Positions 1-13,471 of a DNA stretch of 64,000 bases are shown one piece after another (the stretch's first letter is position 1; every line of letters begins with the position of its first letter). The DNA is from Eledone cirrhosa (lineage: Eukaryota), in the NCBI GenBank assembly GCA_964016885.1, contig OZ024742.1, positions 159,402,001-159,466,000 of the forward strand, given 5' to 3'. A program made the position numbers and the translations under genes. The notes beneath the pieces are model-generated. The model saw only the letters and a program-made list of their open reading frames with translations, did no database searches and was not told the origin of the DNA.

Positions 1-347
1 ATATACTTTCAGATGTTCAACCATCTGGCAGGAAGGTATACGTTGCTGACGATAGCTAATAAGCTTGAAACTAGTACAGCGTTCCTTTGTCATGTTGAAC
101 AAATGAGCAACGATGGTTGCTAGACACTGTACGGCTTAATTCGGGTTGTTTGTTTACAAACAAAGAGAGCATTATAATAAATGTTCGGTGAATCCATACG
201 TACATATATATATATGTGTGCATGTATGTATATATATACATACTACTGTACGTCTGTATACATATATGTATGTACGTATACATACTTATATTTAAGTAAC
301 AGCCGTACTAAGAGTGAGAAATTAAATTTCGTTTAATTTTTTCCGTT

Positions 348-349
<2 letters not shown>
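1..349 (+). mobile_element. HHR-bearing non-coding repeat family A (retrozyme-like), copy truncated by window start
   Basis: Homologous to 48853-49650 (+) and 38655-39101 (-); ends at ...ttccgtttat and runs into (TA)n. Confidence 0.8.
31..85 (+). ncRNA. Type I hammerhead ribozyme, family A
   Basis: cgttg CTGACGA t-agct-aata-agct-t GAAA ctag TA cagcg; stem I cgttg/cagcg extended by ggaa/ttcc; palindromic stem III CTAG. Confidence 0.85.
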
Positions 350-381
<32 letters not shown>

Positions 382-479
382 TATGTATGTATATATGTAT
401 ATGTGTGTATATATGTATGTGTGTATATGTATATATGTGTGTATATGTGTGTATATATGTGTATGTGTGTGTGTGTATG

Positions 480-517
<38 letters not shown>

Positions 518-519
518 TA

Positions 520-595
520 ACAGATCAAAGTTTAAGCAAAGAATCGCTGCTTTCACCCTTCACGGGATCTTCTGAAACTAACAAAGTCAATCTGT
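520..595 (-). ncRNA. HHR-like motif family C (CAGAAGA core variant)
   Basis: Reverse-complement copy of 14974-15049. Confidence 0.55.
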
Positions 596-650
596 AAACG
601 CAGAACTGGATATTTCAAAAAACGCTGCAACATGTATATATATATATGTG

Positions 651-709
<59 letters not shown>

Positions 710-722
710 ATGTATATGTATA

Positions 723-1092
<370 letters not shown>

Positions 1093-1149
1093 TACTTTCA
1101 CTCGTGTAGGACACCTCGGTTATTTTTCATTTTGTAAAAAAAACCTCAC

Positions 1150-1191
<42 letters not shown>

Positions 1192-1194
<3 letters not shown>

Positions 1195-1850
1195 AGGGCT
1201 TGTTGGAGAAGACGGCAAGCGGTAGGCCGCCGCTTCATGTGTCAGGTCACCAGTTGGTGCTACTGGTAACATGTATCCCAATACAACCTGTCTCATGGTC
1301 GGGTCGTTGGCGACTAAACTGGCAACCCTACCAAGGTTTCTTGGTGAGGAGGGTGACTTTGGATATCCTGCAGGACTAAAAGCAAAACCTGTCAAAGGGC
1401 AAAGGAGCTCTTAAGAGTCAATTGCCATCCAAAATCACCGGGAGAGATGACCCCTTAGCCTTTGTCAAGGCAGAATTCTAGGAGAAGGAAAACTCTGATA
1501 TAACACCTGCAACCCTGATGGTATCCAATGATGTTGACTTGTTCTTCTTTTTGGTAAATATCATCTTGGTTAAGAGAGTGGGACTGGCTTTGTGCAATGC
1601 CTTTGCTCACTATAAAAGCTTCACGGCACAGGCATTGCTTTATATCTGGAGATCTCTGCACTTGTCGTCACATGGTACCATGGGCCCAGCACTATGTGTC
1701 AATAATTGTCACAAGTGTAGTGTTTGTACCAGAGTTTTCAAGTCGCTGGCTGGACTAAAAAGTCACACTCGTTCAGCGCATCGGTAGGGGTTCTCCTACA
1801 TGGATATAAAGTAGTGGCCGTACTCGAAAACGAGTTGGCAGCCACCATAT
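1192..1850 (+). mobile_element. Non-autonomous bipartite RTE-derived element (RTE 5'UTR-like head plus 3' end)
   Basis: RTE-5'UTR-like motif ccttagcc...ctaggagaaggaaaactc (~1453-1496); C2H2 remnant CSVCTRVFKSLAGLKSHTRSAH*; 3' end gagttggcagccaccat; related copies on - at ~5410-5830 and ~23567-24095. Confidence 0.65.
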
Positions 1851-1875
1851 GTATATATATATATATATGTATGTG

Positions 1876-1921
<46 letters not shown>

Positions 1922-1974
1922 TGAATGTGTCTGTTGACACCTGGAATATAGTTTAAGAGAAACTTGAAGATAAT

Positions 1975-2330
1975 CGTATGATAGGCACTCAATATTTTGA
2001 ACTGGTCTATAGAATTCTCTAGGCCCTTTTCACTCTAAGTAGAACTTTAATGAATTAGCTTTTAAAGAATTTCCCTTTTCTTTAAATCCATCAACCATGA
2101 CCGACCCCCAACGATCTTATAGACACCTGAAATATAGGCATTGTTAGCTTAAGATAAACTTAAAAATAAGGAGTGGCACCCCATTCTGAACTTGTTTATA
2201 GAATTCTTTCTGCCTTTGTTACTCTAAATATAAATTATAACTTTAAATAATTAGCTTTTAATGAATTCCCTTTTCTATCAACCAATGACCTCTACCCATC
2301 CCACTCCCCACCCTCTCCTACCACCTGAAG
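1975..2330. repeat. Repeat present in inverted orientation at 16260-16613, associated with HHR family B
   Basis: Long reverse-complement match between the two loci. Confidence 0.8.
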
Positions 2331-2463
2331 AGACCTATAAATACCATTTCTAAAGAATGAAACAGTTCTAGACCTGTAGAATCTCATTGATATTAAAACT
2401 TTTATACTCTGTTATGTATTGAGTGCCTTACTTATTGTGGTTACCTCCGATCAACCCGGAATA

Positions 2464-2517
<54 letters not shown>

Positions 2518-2612
2518 CATCCACTACCTGGAATACCATAACTGGACTTCACCTAAGTGGACTGCATTTAACTATTATTTGTTAATCCGTATATATATAT
2601 ATATATATATAT

Positions 2613-2910
2613 ACAATATATTTATAAATAGAAACTATATTTATAAAACCAATTTTATTTTATTATATATATTTCAAGAGCAACCAAGGCAAATTATGGT
2701 GCGCTTTTATCAGATAAAATACAGATTTGTTTTAAAAATAAATATTGACATACCCGGAAAAAAGACCGGGTATGTCAATATTTATTTATAAAACAAATCT
2801 GTATTTTATCTGATGAAAGCGCACCATGATTTGCCTTGGTTGCCCTTGAAATATATATAATAAAATAAATATGGTTTTATAAATATAGTTTCCATTTATT
2901 AATATATTGT
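2613..2910. repeat. ~145-bp-arm inverted repeat (inverted pLTR pair) containing HHR family B
   Basis: Arms meet at cccgg-aaaaaaga-ccggg. Confidence 0.9.
2802..2867 (+). ncRNA. Type I hammerhead ribozyme, family B
   Basis: tattttat CTGATGA aagcgcacca...tggttgccctt GAAA tatata TA ataaaata; the mirror copy at 2656-2721 (-) has a mutated core CTGATAA. Confidence 0.8.
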
Positions 2911-3382
2911 GTATTTACTCCACTAATTGTTGAGTGCTTTATAACAGTTATAAAAATGTTTAAGCTTGTTGAATCCCAACAAATTAAATATAACCTCTGC
3001 ATATATATATATATATACTTTCATTACACTGTTTACTTTCATTATTGATCCAGCTTTCCCCCCTCTCCCTCACATATACACACAAGCCACCATCTACCCC
3101 AATCTTCTCACGAATTTCTATTTCCGCTCTCTTTCACACTTTCTGTTAATCTTTCTCTCTCCCGCTTCACTCTCCATCATCACTTTTCTCCTCACTTAAA
3201 TCTTCTATTCATTTAATAATCTCCGCTGTACCTGCCTGTGTGATTGTCTCTCTGTATGACTGTGTGTCTTATTTAATAGTCTCCATCATCATATTCTGAA
3301 TCTCTCTAACTGCTTCTACTTTCTCTCCTACATTTCACTTTCTCTCTCTTTCAGCTTCTATTTTTATCTTTCACTTTTCTGG

Positions 3383-3458
<76 letters not shown>

Positions 3459-4811
3459 GTGGTCTTTCTTTCTTTTTTGAACTTTCAATCGCCAGCAAAT
3501 CATTTATGAAATAACATCCTCTTAAATCAATAACAATGCCACAACGAAAGTTGTACTTAGCGTCTAATAACAACGCCAACAAACGAAACGAAAAAAAAAA
3601 AAATAGTAACAATAACAAAAAACAAAATGAAAGAAAAGAACAACAGCATCAACAAAAAGAACAACACGAAAAGACAACGCAATATCAACAACAACAACAA
3701 TATGTTCAGATAAAACTGAATGGGGCGATGCGGTGTATGTCAGTATGTTGTCACCTCTATAAAGAAGTCTTGCACAGTCGTAACCAAATTTGTCTGTATT
3801 CTTGCATAACAGACTGCATAGATGACAAACGGAATAATACTCTCACATAAAATCAAACAAGATTCGCCACAACGTGAATGCTACCTACGTATGTGTATGA
3901 ATGCGTATTTTTGTCAAATGTATGAATGTATATAAGTATTTATGTGTGTGTATGCATACAGACGTATTATGATTTCGCTTTAAAAACATTAACCCTCTCC
4001 CTCCTATAAAGCCCCACAACTTGCAGGCTAGGCCAGGACGTTTATTTGAACTTTTCTCTGCTATCACCTGACTGTCTGAGGAAATAAATACCAGTAATAC
4101 GATGAAGTCTGGCCAGTTAGTTGAATACTATTCTTTTTAAAAAACAGGGCTTTGTGCTCGAGGAAGAAAAAAAAAACAAAAGAAAAAAGAAAAAAAACAG
4201 TAAAAACACACACACAACCTCTCAACATTATAATCATATTTTAATTTACATATTAAGTAATCATTTCTATTAATATTTTCTTTCTTTTATTTGGGGTGGG
4301 GGTGGGGGGGACCTCGAAGCCGGCTATTGATGTTCTTGTTTGAATGAGTATGTGAATGTGTGTGTGCGTGTATGATTTTGTGTGTGTATGATTGTGAATG
4401 TGTGTGTAGTGTGAGTGTGTAGTATGTGTAGATTTGTAGTGTGTATGATTATATGTGCAGTATGTAGTCGGTCTGCGTGTGTCTATGTGTGTGAGTGTGT
4501 ATTTATGACTGCATTGTCTGTTCTGTACATGTAGTCCGTTCTGTGTGTATATGTATAGATGTGCGTGTGTTTTAATTAACGCCTGTCAAAGACAACTACC
4601 CCTATCTTGCTATGTGTTGGACATTCCGTGGACTTTTCACTTTAGCATGGATTGCTTTATGTCACGGGTGGGAATGCAAAAGGTACACCCGAAAAAGAGC
4701 CACAGTGAGTAGTACGTTATGATGATATACTTGTTGCTATTTTATAATTTTCTTTGTTGAATTATTTTTGTGTATTTGAAAACAGGAAACTTTGCATACG
4801 TATATGTATAT

Positions 4812-5245
4812 ACAATTGTTCCCCCGGTATTACGCGGGGTTACTTTCCTAGAGCACCCGCAAAGAGTGACAAACAGCGAATATTGGACGTGGTCCATAAA
4901 AATGCCTATAAACGTCAAAATATAACGGAAAATATAATAAAAGATAATAAATAATTATGCGAAGGGGCGTCCAATAGGCCGGCAAATACGGTATATTGTT
5001 ATTAATAATTTATCGTTAAATATATATATATATATATATTGTTTCTACTTTTGGCACAAGGCCAGCAATTACCCAGTGCATATATATTGCCACGAAAAAA
5101 GCCATAAAAAAAATCATGGAAGATATTTACGATTCCGCGAATATGCGGTAGTTTCCACAAACAATTATTAGTTAGGTATCTAAGGAAAATTCCGCGCATA
5201 ACTGGGACCACGAATGTCGGGGCCGCGAATGCCGGGGTGACACTC
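4812..5245. mobile_element. Degenerate Tc1/mariner-type MITE
   Basis: Imperfect TIRs (ccccggtattacgcgg / ccgcgaatgccgggg) near flanking TA. Confidence 0.45.
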
Positions 5246-5409
5246 TATATAAATGTATATATATACAAATTAAAATGAAGAATTAGAAATAGAAGCCAGG
5301 ACTATTCATCATCAGTGGTCTACTAGCCATCATAGGTATTTCTTCGCATATATATATATATATAGAGTCCTGCTAGGGACTTGCCTATGGCCAGCAATGT
5401 TATGTATCG

Positions 5410-5830
5410 CAAAAAAACGTCACATATCAATCAATGCCTCTGCTTGAAGCTATTTTAAGTGAGGAAAGGCTTTGCACGGGCCAGTCCCACTCTCTGAACA
5501 TCGAATGCATTTACCCAAATAGTAGAACTGCTCTGCATCATATGATGCAAACGAAGTCGCAGGTTTTATATCAGAGTGACCTTCTCCTAGAGAGATGTCT
5601 TAATGAAGACTAGGAATCTCTCACTCCACAAAAAAAAAAATCTTTATTGGATGGGAATTGACTCTTTTGAGTTTATCCACCCTTTGACGGGTCTTGTTTT
5701 TCATCCGACAAGCTGTCCAAAATCACCCTCCTCACCAAGCAAGCAAGCTTGGTGGGGTTAGCAGTTTAGTCGCCGACGACCCGACCATGTTAGGTCGTTC
5801 TTCAGCACTACTGGTAACATGTAACCCTGT
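5410..5830 (-). mobile_element. RTE-5'UTR-like non-autonomous element, degenerate
   Basis: Reverse-complement similarity to 1260-1630. Confidence 0.55.
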
Positions 5831-5890
<60 letters not shown>

Positions 5891-7029
5891 CTAATCAGGG
5901 CTGCGTATGCAACACACCAATCAAAGAACGATGATGCAATTAGGTTTAACACTCTACATAGTTTTCTTTGCAATGTATATTTTTTTTATTTCGCAACGGA
6001 GTATGTACAATAAGTATAATTGCTAAGGTCCAATGTAGATGTTCATAATTCCTTTATTCATAAAGCTGTGATACTTATTTCAATGATGTCTGGCTACGTG
6101 ATGCTTCGATCACGCAACCAGTAACACGAGATCATCAGACAGCATATTATACAATAAGATAAATTGCCAATGCAATACAAACTAACGAGACCTGTCATTG
6201 AGGTTGTTACAGCCCACTGTAGGCGGCATCCGGACTATCCTTCGCCTATTCAGGGAGCTTCCCCCCTCATATCGCAAACATTTCATTCTGACGCAATGAA
6301 CATTAATATTGCCTTATTGAGTGTACTTTGGTCGTCCTGAATGATCTACTGCATGCTTCCATAGCGTAATATTAATTTTGATGCAATGCACCTATTAACT
6401 GCATTCCCGTAAGCACGAGTACGGAGAACTACAAACTTTATATCTGTGCACACTTGCACAAGAACATATACATATCCAGGCGTTTAATCATTTATTACTA
6501 TAATAATTTGTGCCCCATGGTTTTATCCATAGGTATGTGTATATGTGTGTTTGTATATGTGTGTAGATATGTCTTCGTAGATATATGTGTACGTGCAGCT
6601 GTGTATATCTATATTATGCTTTATTTCTTCCCATACATTTCTCCCTGTATGACTGTACCCATTGTACAGTCCCCTTTCTACGCTTTTTGTTTTATTCATC
6701 TCCACCTTTTGTACTACTGGATTAGGGACCTTTACATCTTATTTCTTTTTCCTTTTTTATTTTATTTTATTGTTATTTCTTGTCTTTACTTGTTTCTCGT
6801 ATATCATATGAGTCACATACTTCATATAATTGGACACTACTTAATTTTTCATCTTTAACTTTTAATTATTATTTCTGAATTTTTAATGTTTAATGTTGAA
6901 TTTTAATTTCTAACCTTTTAACATTAATTTATCTCTTTTCCTATTTATTCGGGATCCAGAGGTGGAGGGTAAGTTAGTCCAAATTGAAAGCAGAATGAGC
7001 TGTTTAATTCCAGATGAAGCAACCGCTAA

Positions 7030-7332
7030 CAGGGTTGAATTTAGACCTTGGGGAGCCCGGGGCCCTTCAGGTTTGGGGCGCTCATACACAAAAAATTAGA
7101 ATACACGGCAAACCCTCAATTTTACATATTAAAATTACCTTGGCGCAAGTAATTGCAATTGAAAAGTTATACATACATATATTAAATTCAAAACTTATAA
7201 CCATCCTAAAACTAAAAGGCCCAGCCGAGGGTACAAATAAATTGCTACGGCATTCGCTGGTGTTCCCCCTCCTCCCCACTGCAGGGAGCCCGGGACAATT
7301 TCCCCCTTTGCCCCCCATTAAATCCGGCCCTG
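7030..7332. mobile_element. hAT-type MITE
   Basis: TIRs cagggttgaattta / taaatccggccctg; exact 8-bp TSD accgctaa (7022-7029, 7333-7340). Confidence 0.85.
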
Positions 7333-8805
7333 ACCGCTAAAGCTATTTTTTTAGTCTTGTCGAATTTTAGACAACAATAAGTTTATCAAGAATGTTTTAC
7401 CAGCCCCACCCGGAGTATCGATAAAAAATAGACCACCATTTTGTTGTGTAATTGACTTTAAAGTTTAATTCCTTCATCAATATAAGCATTTGCGGTCAGC
7501 GTGATGACCTACGTTGTCCTGCCAGATAATACTGGGGGAGGGGGGGGGGGGGGTTATACATGCCACCACCGAAATTCTATTTCAATACTGTTGGTGATTT
7601 CTGGAGTAAAGTAAAACATATTGTAGAGGAGAGGGGTGTTGATATGTCCGATAGACAATCAGTACCCTACCTCCACGTCAGAGCACAACGGTAGAGTGGA
7701 AATAAAGTTCACAAGGGAACGGAACACGGTGGTATTAAAAAAAAAAAAAAAAAAAAGCATCACGGCAAATTTATAGAAAAAGCACCCACTGGCTTTCGAT
7801 AAGAAAAACTTTTTCTAGATTTTCAAAATTTTCGACTAATCTCACCACCGACATGCTCACAATCTATTTTCTCCCGAAAACGGAATGACCCTTGGATTTT
7901 TCCAGCTTCGGAGTTTTCTTCGGTAGGAATTTTTTTTTTCTTTTCTAGTCATTTTTTTTTTTTTTTCGTTTGTTTTCAACTGATCTCACATCCGACTCAT
8001 ACGCAAACAACTCATTTCCCCGAAAATGGAAGTTACAGATCAGCACCTCTGTACTGTTTAAATTTATAGAAAAGCATCGCTGGGGTTCGCTAAGAAATGT
8101 CTTTTTTTTTTCTATGTTTTTACGTTTGTTTTCAACTAATCTGACCTTCGACATGCTCGCAATCAACTGTTTTCTCTTGAAAACAGAAGCGGAGCGATGA
8201 AGAAGAGGGGAGCCTTTGGAGGTATAGATAGGTTTTCCGTGTTTCCAGCGAATTTGACTTTTAAAAGCATTGGAAATTATCCATTTTTGTTTTTTAGTTA
8301 ACGGTATCTCACAACAAATGCTGGAAGGTCGGAGCAGCGAGGAGGAGGAGGTGGGTCAAAATGAAAGTAATAGTCACATTGTCCGTTCCCTTATCTTTAG
8401 CTTATATTGCATTGGAAACAACCTTTTGAATCACAGATACAGTCTATCTGAGGGGCATTTAAGCGGTTTCTCAGTGCTTAATTCAATTCACAAGGATTTA
8501 GTTGACCCGGGGCTATAGTAAAGGAAATTTGCTCAAGATGCCGTGCAGTGAGATCGAACCTGGATCGAATCTGAAGCAAACATCTTAAGCACACGGCTAC
8601 GTTGGAAGTGACGTTGCCATGAAAGATGTTGGAAAACAAGAATGAATCACTGATAAGACTTACAGGTTTAATGCACACATGACTAGCATTACTTACGATA
8701 TATATATAAAGAAAGAGAAAGAGGGGGAGATTGATTGATAGATAGATAGAAAGATAGAGGGAGAAAGAGAATGGGTTAAATAGATAGATAAATAGATAGA
8801 TAGAT

Positions 8806-9098
8806 ATCTTTCTTTATTTGCTACAGGGGCATACAAAAATGAGACATTACAAGACGTGACGGCGGGGGTTTTACATAAAATCTGTAACAATGATGAATAA
8901 CAATAAACTATATATAAAATAAAACAATCGAAATCCCCATTAGGGGGGAACGTTACTGCGGAGTTGTTTTACACCCCGTGAATAGAACAACCCTCAACAC
9001 CAGGAATACGCTTTGTAGGTGTTCCCATCTCCCCTCTGTTAATCTTCCTCAGCCTACAGGTTTATATACAGAGAAGGCCCATTCACTCGGGCTATTTT
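8806..9098 (-). mobile_element. Old 3'-end fragment of the L1/Tx1 family, inside (GATA)n
   Basis: Similar to 62753-63040 (gagaaggcccattcactcggg); GATA repeats on both sides. Confidence 0.65.
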
Positions 9099-9664
9099 CG
9101 ATAGATAGATAGATAGCGATACAGAGAAATCGTGTTCTATGAATGAAATAAAGTGTAATGAAATGATGGTGTCCACACACCCACCACATTGATTTATCTG
9201 CTGTCACCATAATTCAAATCGAAGGCACTTAACTAGCCCCCCCCCCCTCCCAAAGAAGAGAAAGAGGAAAAATAACAACCCTCTCCACACTCTCGCATGA
9301 ATGGACCGTCGTTAGTTTTGACAATGAGTGTTCCAGTTCAATCAACGTAACAACAGCCTGTTCATGAAACTAATGCGTAAGTAGTTGTTTATCAAGACGG
9401 CGCCCCTATGACTTAATCTTGGATAATTTTCCTCCAGAAGAAATCGGTTATATTTAAACCTTGAGAGGGATCAGCTCTGTCAGGTTTGAAATACTCAAAA
9501 CACGTCAATACATCACGACGGTTCCTCTACGATTTCATCAACAGTTATGGTTCGATTGATTGATGAGTATATTCATACATGCACATACTTGCACACATTA
9601 CCATCATCATCAATGTGTGTATGTGTGTGTGTGTGTGGGGGGGGGGGGGGGCGTGCATGTGTGT

Positions 9665-9920
9665 ATTCCAGTTGTTTGATCAATGGAACAGCCTGCTCAT
9701 TAAATTAACGTGCTGAGTATTCCGTGGACACGTGTACCTTCTTTAACGTAGTTCTCAGGGAGATTCAGCACGACACGGTATGTAACAAGGCTGGATCTCT
9801 TTGAATTGAATTGCAGGTACAACTCATTTTTGCTAGCTGAATAGAGTGGAATAACTTGAACTCCCGAACTTACGATCATGATCTAAAAACCCTAACCATT
9901 AAGCTAAGCAGCTTCACTCA
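9665..9920. mobile_element. SINE-like family 2 (aacagcctgctc...cacgtgtacc...gattcagc core)
   Basis: Related copies at ~9300-9390, 12355-12480, 22020-22290; opposite strand ~23295-23400, 25700-25865. Confidence 0.6.
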
Positions 9921-9930
9921 CCACCAATAT

Positions 9931-10148
9931 GATTTCTAGTATAGACACAAGGCTAGTAATTGCGGGGTGGGGGATAAATTCGATTAAATCGACCCCAGTA
10001 CGTTACTGGTGCTTTATTTTATCGATCCCGTAAGGATGAAAGGCAAAAGTTAACCTCGGCGGGATTTGAACTCAGACGGTAAAGGACCATAATCTATGCT
10101 GCAAAGTATGGTGCGCGACTCTCTAGCGATACTGCCAATCCACCGCCA
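9931..10148 (-). mobile_element. tRNA-derived SINE family 1
   Basis: On - strand: A-box tggcagtatcg, B-box gagttcaaatccc, central gcctttcatccttacggg..cgataaaataaag (Meta/MESC-like domain, inferred). Confidence 0.8.
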
Positions 10149-10197
10149 ATATAAGAAAGTCCTAACAGCAACAGAAGTGCTTTTGGAGAACTCATTC

Positions 10198-10378
10198 CAG
10201 GGGCGGTGGAACTAGGGGTGGACATCTATTTGTATATGCGCTACAATTTATGTATATGTTATGTTTATCGCATATCGAAGTTTTCTGATCATTTTAGAGT
10301 GCAAAGAGCTAAACTAATCAGTAACTAAATTGACCAAATTTGCCTCCATACATTTTAGAAATGCTTCCATCGCCCTTG
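10198..10378. mobile_element. hAT-like MITE, degenerate
   Basis: TIRs caggggcggtggaa / ttccatcgcccttg; no clean TSD. Confidence 0.5.
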
Positions 10379-10773
10379 CATTATGAAGTGTACAGACATA
10401 TAACAAAAAGGACTTTGACAAATCAAGGAATATAGAAATATATTAAATTTACAAAGGGGTGTGTGTCAGCATATAAGAATGGTGGAGTTGCAGAATTGGT
10501 AGCACATCGGATAAAATGCCAATGTGATTTTTATTTTGGCCCTTTACATTCTGATTCCAGATACCGCAGGTCAACTTTACTTTTCATGCTTCCTGGGTCA
10601 ATAAAATAAAGTACTAGTCAACTACTTGGGTTGATTTAATAATTTTGCCATTTCCCCCAAATTTGCTGGTCTTTTGCCTAAAGTAGAAATGAATATATCT
10701 TTCAACATACGGTTTACACCAAGAACCTTGCGAAACAAATATAGTAACCCCCACACGCCTTTTATAGGGGATA

Positions 10774-10943
10774 CCGTATTTCCCGGCGTAGAAGACGCTA
10801 CTTGTTTTCGTAAAATAAGTCTCAAAAATCTACCATGCGTCCTGGAGACCGAAGGTTGTTTATTATTTTTTTTCCAAATTTTTGGTTGTCAAAATTAGGG
10901 TGCGTCCTCGAGGACGAAGCGTCTTGGGCGCCAGGAAATACGG
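10774..10943. mobile_element. Tc1/mariner (pogo-like) MITE
   Basis: TA|ccgtatttcccggcg...cgccaggaaatacgg|TA. Confidence 0.8.
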
Positions 10944-11621
10944 TACTTTACCCGATTTCTTCAACAATTATTTATAATCATCTACTATTGTTATACTGAT
11001 TTACGTTGGGACGACTACATTTCAAATTTCAAATATTTCTAGTGTACGAAACTAATAAAGCATTTTACAACTTATTCATATAACGCTTATTCTTCTCCAC
11101 ATATAAGTAAACATATAAGCAAACACGAATATACATACACCATCTCTTACACTCTCTCTCTATCTCTTACACACGCACAAACAAATGTAATCGCTTTTTG
11201 CTTGTACCCCCCCCCCCCCCCCCCAAAAAAAAAAAAACATAGAGAGAGAGAGAGAGGGAGAGAAAGAGAGTAGTAGAAAAAAAACGCACTTAACCATCAC
11301 GTTTCTCTCCCTCTCTACCTCTCTCATTACACATTACGCACATCCACTTAATCTTCCTCCACTACCACCACGAATCTGTATATGTGTGTGACGGTGGGGA
11401 AGTGATTGACGTAATGTATTTAGCTGCGTATTTCCTGTCCATTGACAAAATTTTTGACATGAATACTCCAGCAAAATAGAAAGTATTAGTATTAGTTTTT
11501 CAGTGCTACATTCACAATGTGAAAATATTTGTACGAGTTGGGAGGAGAAATAGGAAGTTATGACATTCATAGATTTCCCAAGGGTATTAAGAAGCAATAT
11601 CACAGCCGGAGCGTCCCCTTC

Positions 11622-11875
11622 TGCTAGTTATGTGCTCTCTTCTCCCAGTTTTGCGATCCCTTCTCCCAGTTCTGTGTCTCTTACTTCCAGTTATGCCTCC
11701 CCACGTCGCCCAGTTATACGACTTCTCTCAGTGATGCAACTCCTTCTCTCAGTTATGCGGCCCCTTGTCCAGTTATGCATCCCCACTTCGCCCAGATATG
11801 CGATCCTTTGTGCCAGTTATGCGACCCCTTGTCTCAGTTATGTGACCTTTTCTCGCAGTTATGCTGCTCGCTCTC
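11622..11875. repeat. Minisatellite, ~12 units of ~21 bp
   Basis: Recurring ccagttatgcgacccc-like unit. Confidence 0.85.
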
Positions 11876-12048
11876 ACAAATAAAATCATTTCAGTTTACT
11901 ATTTGGCAAGCTGACAAACAAGTTTTTCACAATTCTTGATTTGACCACTCAGAAAATTACTAAGCTTGCATTATCTACTATACAGTCCACGTTCACCTAA
12001 GCCAATACCATAACAGAAATAAAATATAATAATATTGATGGTGCCCAC

Positions 12049-12219
12049 CAGTGCTGGATTTAGGACAAATAGGGCCATCTGTTAGTTACGTTATGAGGCT
12101 CCTTACTTGGGCGCTGAAAGAATTAAAAATTATTTTGGCAGGACGATGACCTCCCTCCCCCCCGGCTAACGGGGCCCTGTGCTTAAGCACAACTAAGCAC
12201 AATGGTAAATACATCACTG
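12049..12219. mobile_element. hAT-type MITE
   Basis: TIRs cagtgctggattta / taaatacatcactg; exact 8-bp TSD gtgcccac. Confidence 0.85.
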
Positions 12220-12734
12220 GTGCCCACGCATCCACACTCACTTATCTGCCAACGTCATATTTCAAATCCAAGGCAGTTAACACAAAAAATAGTAAACAAA
12301 AATAATTAAGTAAAAAAATAACATAACAAAAAGAAAACACCTGCTCGTTCGCATGAATGGTCCTCTGTCAGTTTCAACGATGAATATTCCAGTTGTTTAA
12401 TCAACGGGACAACCAGCTCATGAAATTAATGTGTAAATGACTGAGCATTCCACAAACACGTGTATTCTTAACGTAATTCTTTGTATTAGAGGTTCAGTCC
12501 TTCTGACAGGCTTCGAAACAGTTTCCGCCTACCCAATTTCACTCAAAAGACATGGATCGATCCAAGACTATGGTAAATGACACTTGCCCATGAGGTCACG
12601 CAGTGTATCGAACCCGGAGCCTAATGATTGCAAGCCAACACTTTTGCCATTCGGCCATGCTGCGTCCACTACGACTCTACATATGTGAAGTCAATCCACC
12701 TGTAAATGCTTGTTGATATATATATTTATATATA

Positions 12735-13259
12735 TATTGAAGACAAAATCCTTATGGGATTTTCCATGCAAATTAAAAGTTGCAATTACTTTTACAGTTT
12801 TTGAGCTTTTTTTTACCAAATGTGAGGCAGGCATTTCCTATGCCGTCGAGGTAATACAAGAAGATTATTTTTTCTAAAGTGTATACTGTAAGGGAGAAAT
12901 CAATCTAAAAACAATCCTTATATGGCTTTCCATTCAAACCGTTGGCACCTACAACTTTTTCATTTTTAAAGTAATTTCGTCCACATTTGAGGCAGGCATT
13001 ATCTATGCTTCCAGGATATTGTGAATTTATTTTAAAACAACTATTATTACAATGAAGAAATCTGTTAAAACAAATGTTTCCTTCATTATCAGCATAGTTT
13101 TATGTGTACAAAGATTGCACTAAATATTCGTTTGTATTAATTATTGAAGATTCTGCTTATTTTGACAGGTTGGGGACAAATAATTTTCTTCTTTTACTTC
13201 CTAGCTATATATTCTTAGCATAATTTCAAACCCCGTGATACGCCGGGTAAATCTGCTAG
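12735..13259 (+). mobile_element. Non-autonomous Helitron-like element
   Basis: 3' hairpin cccg...cggg followed by aatctgCTAG|T; 5' end uncertain. Confidence 0.55.
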
Positions 13260-13376
13260 TATATATATATGTACATAATAGAAAAACCGAGGGAGTTTCG
13301 TTTTTTCTATTATATACACTCTACTTGTGCATAGGGTGCTTGATTTGGTACCAACACCAATACTTCACCGTACTAC

Positions 13377-13469
<93 letters not shown>

Positions 13470-13471
<2 letters not shown>

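Noticed and set aside
3536-3850. Q/N/K-rich 104-aa ORF
   Set aside because: Low-complexity A-rich DNA with no domain or clear splice evidence
4664-4700. gggtg...caccc GAAA resembling HHR stem II
   Set aside because: No CTGANGA upstream
11560-11883. 107-aa Ser/Pro-rich ORF
   Set aside because: Translation of a minisatellite
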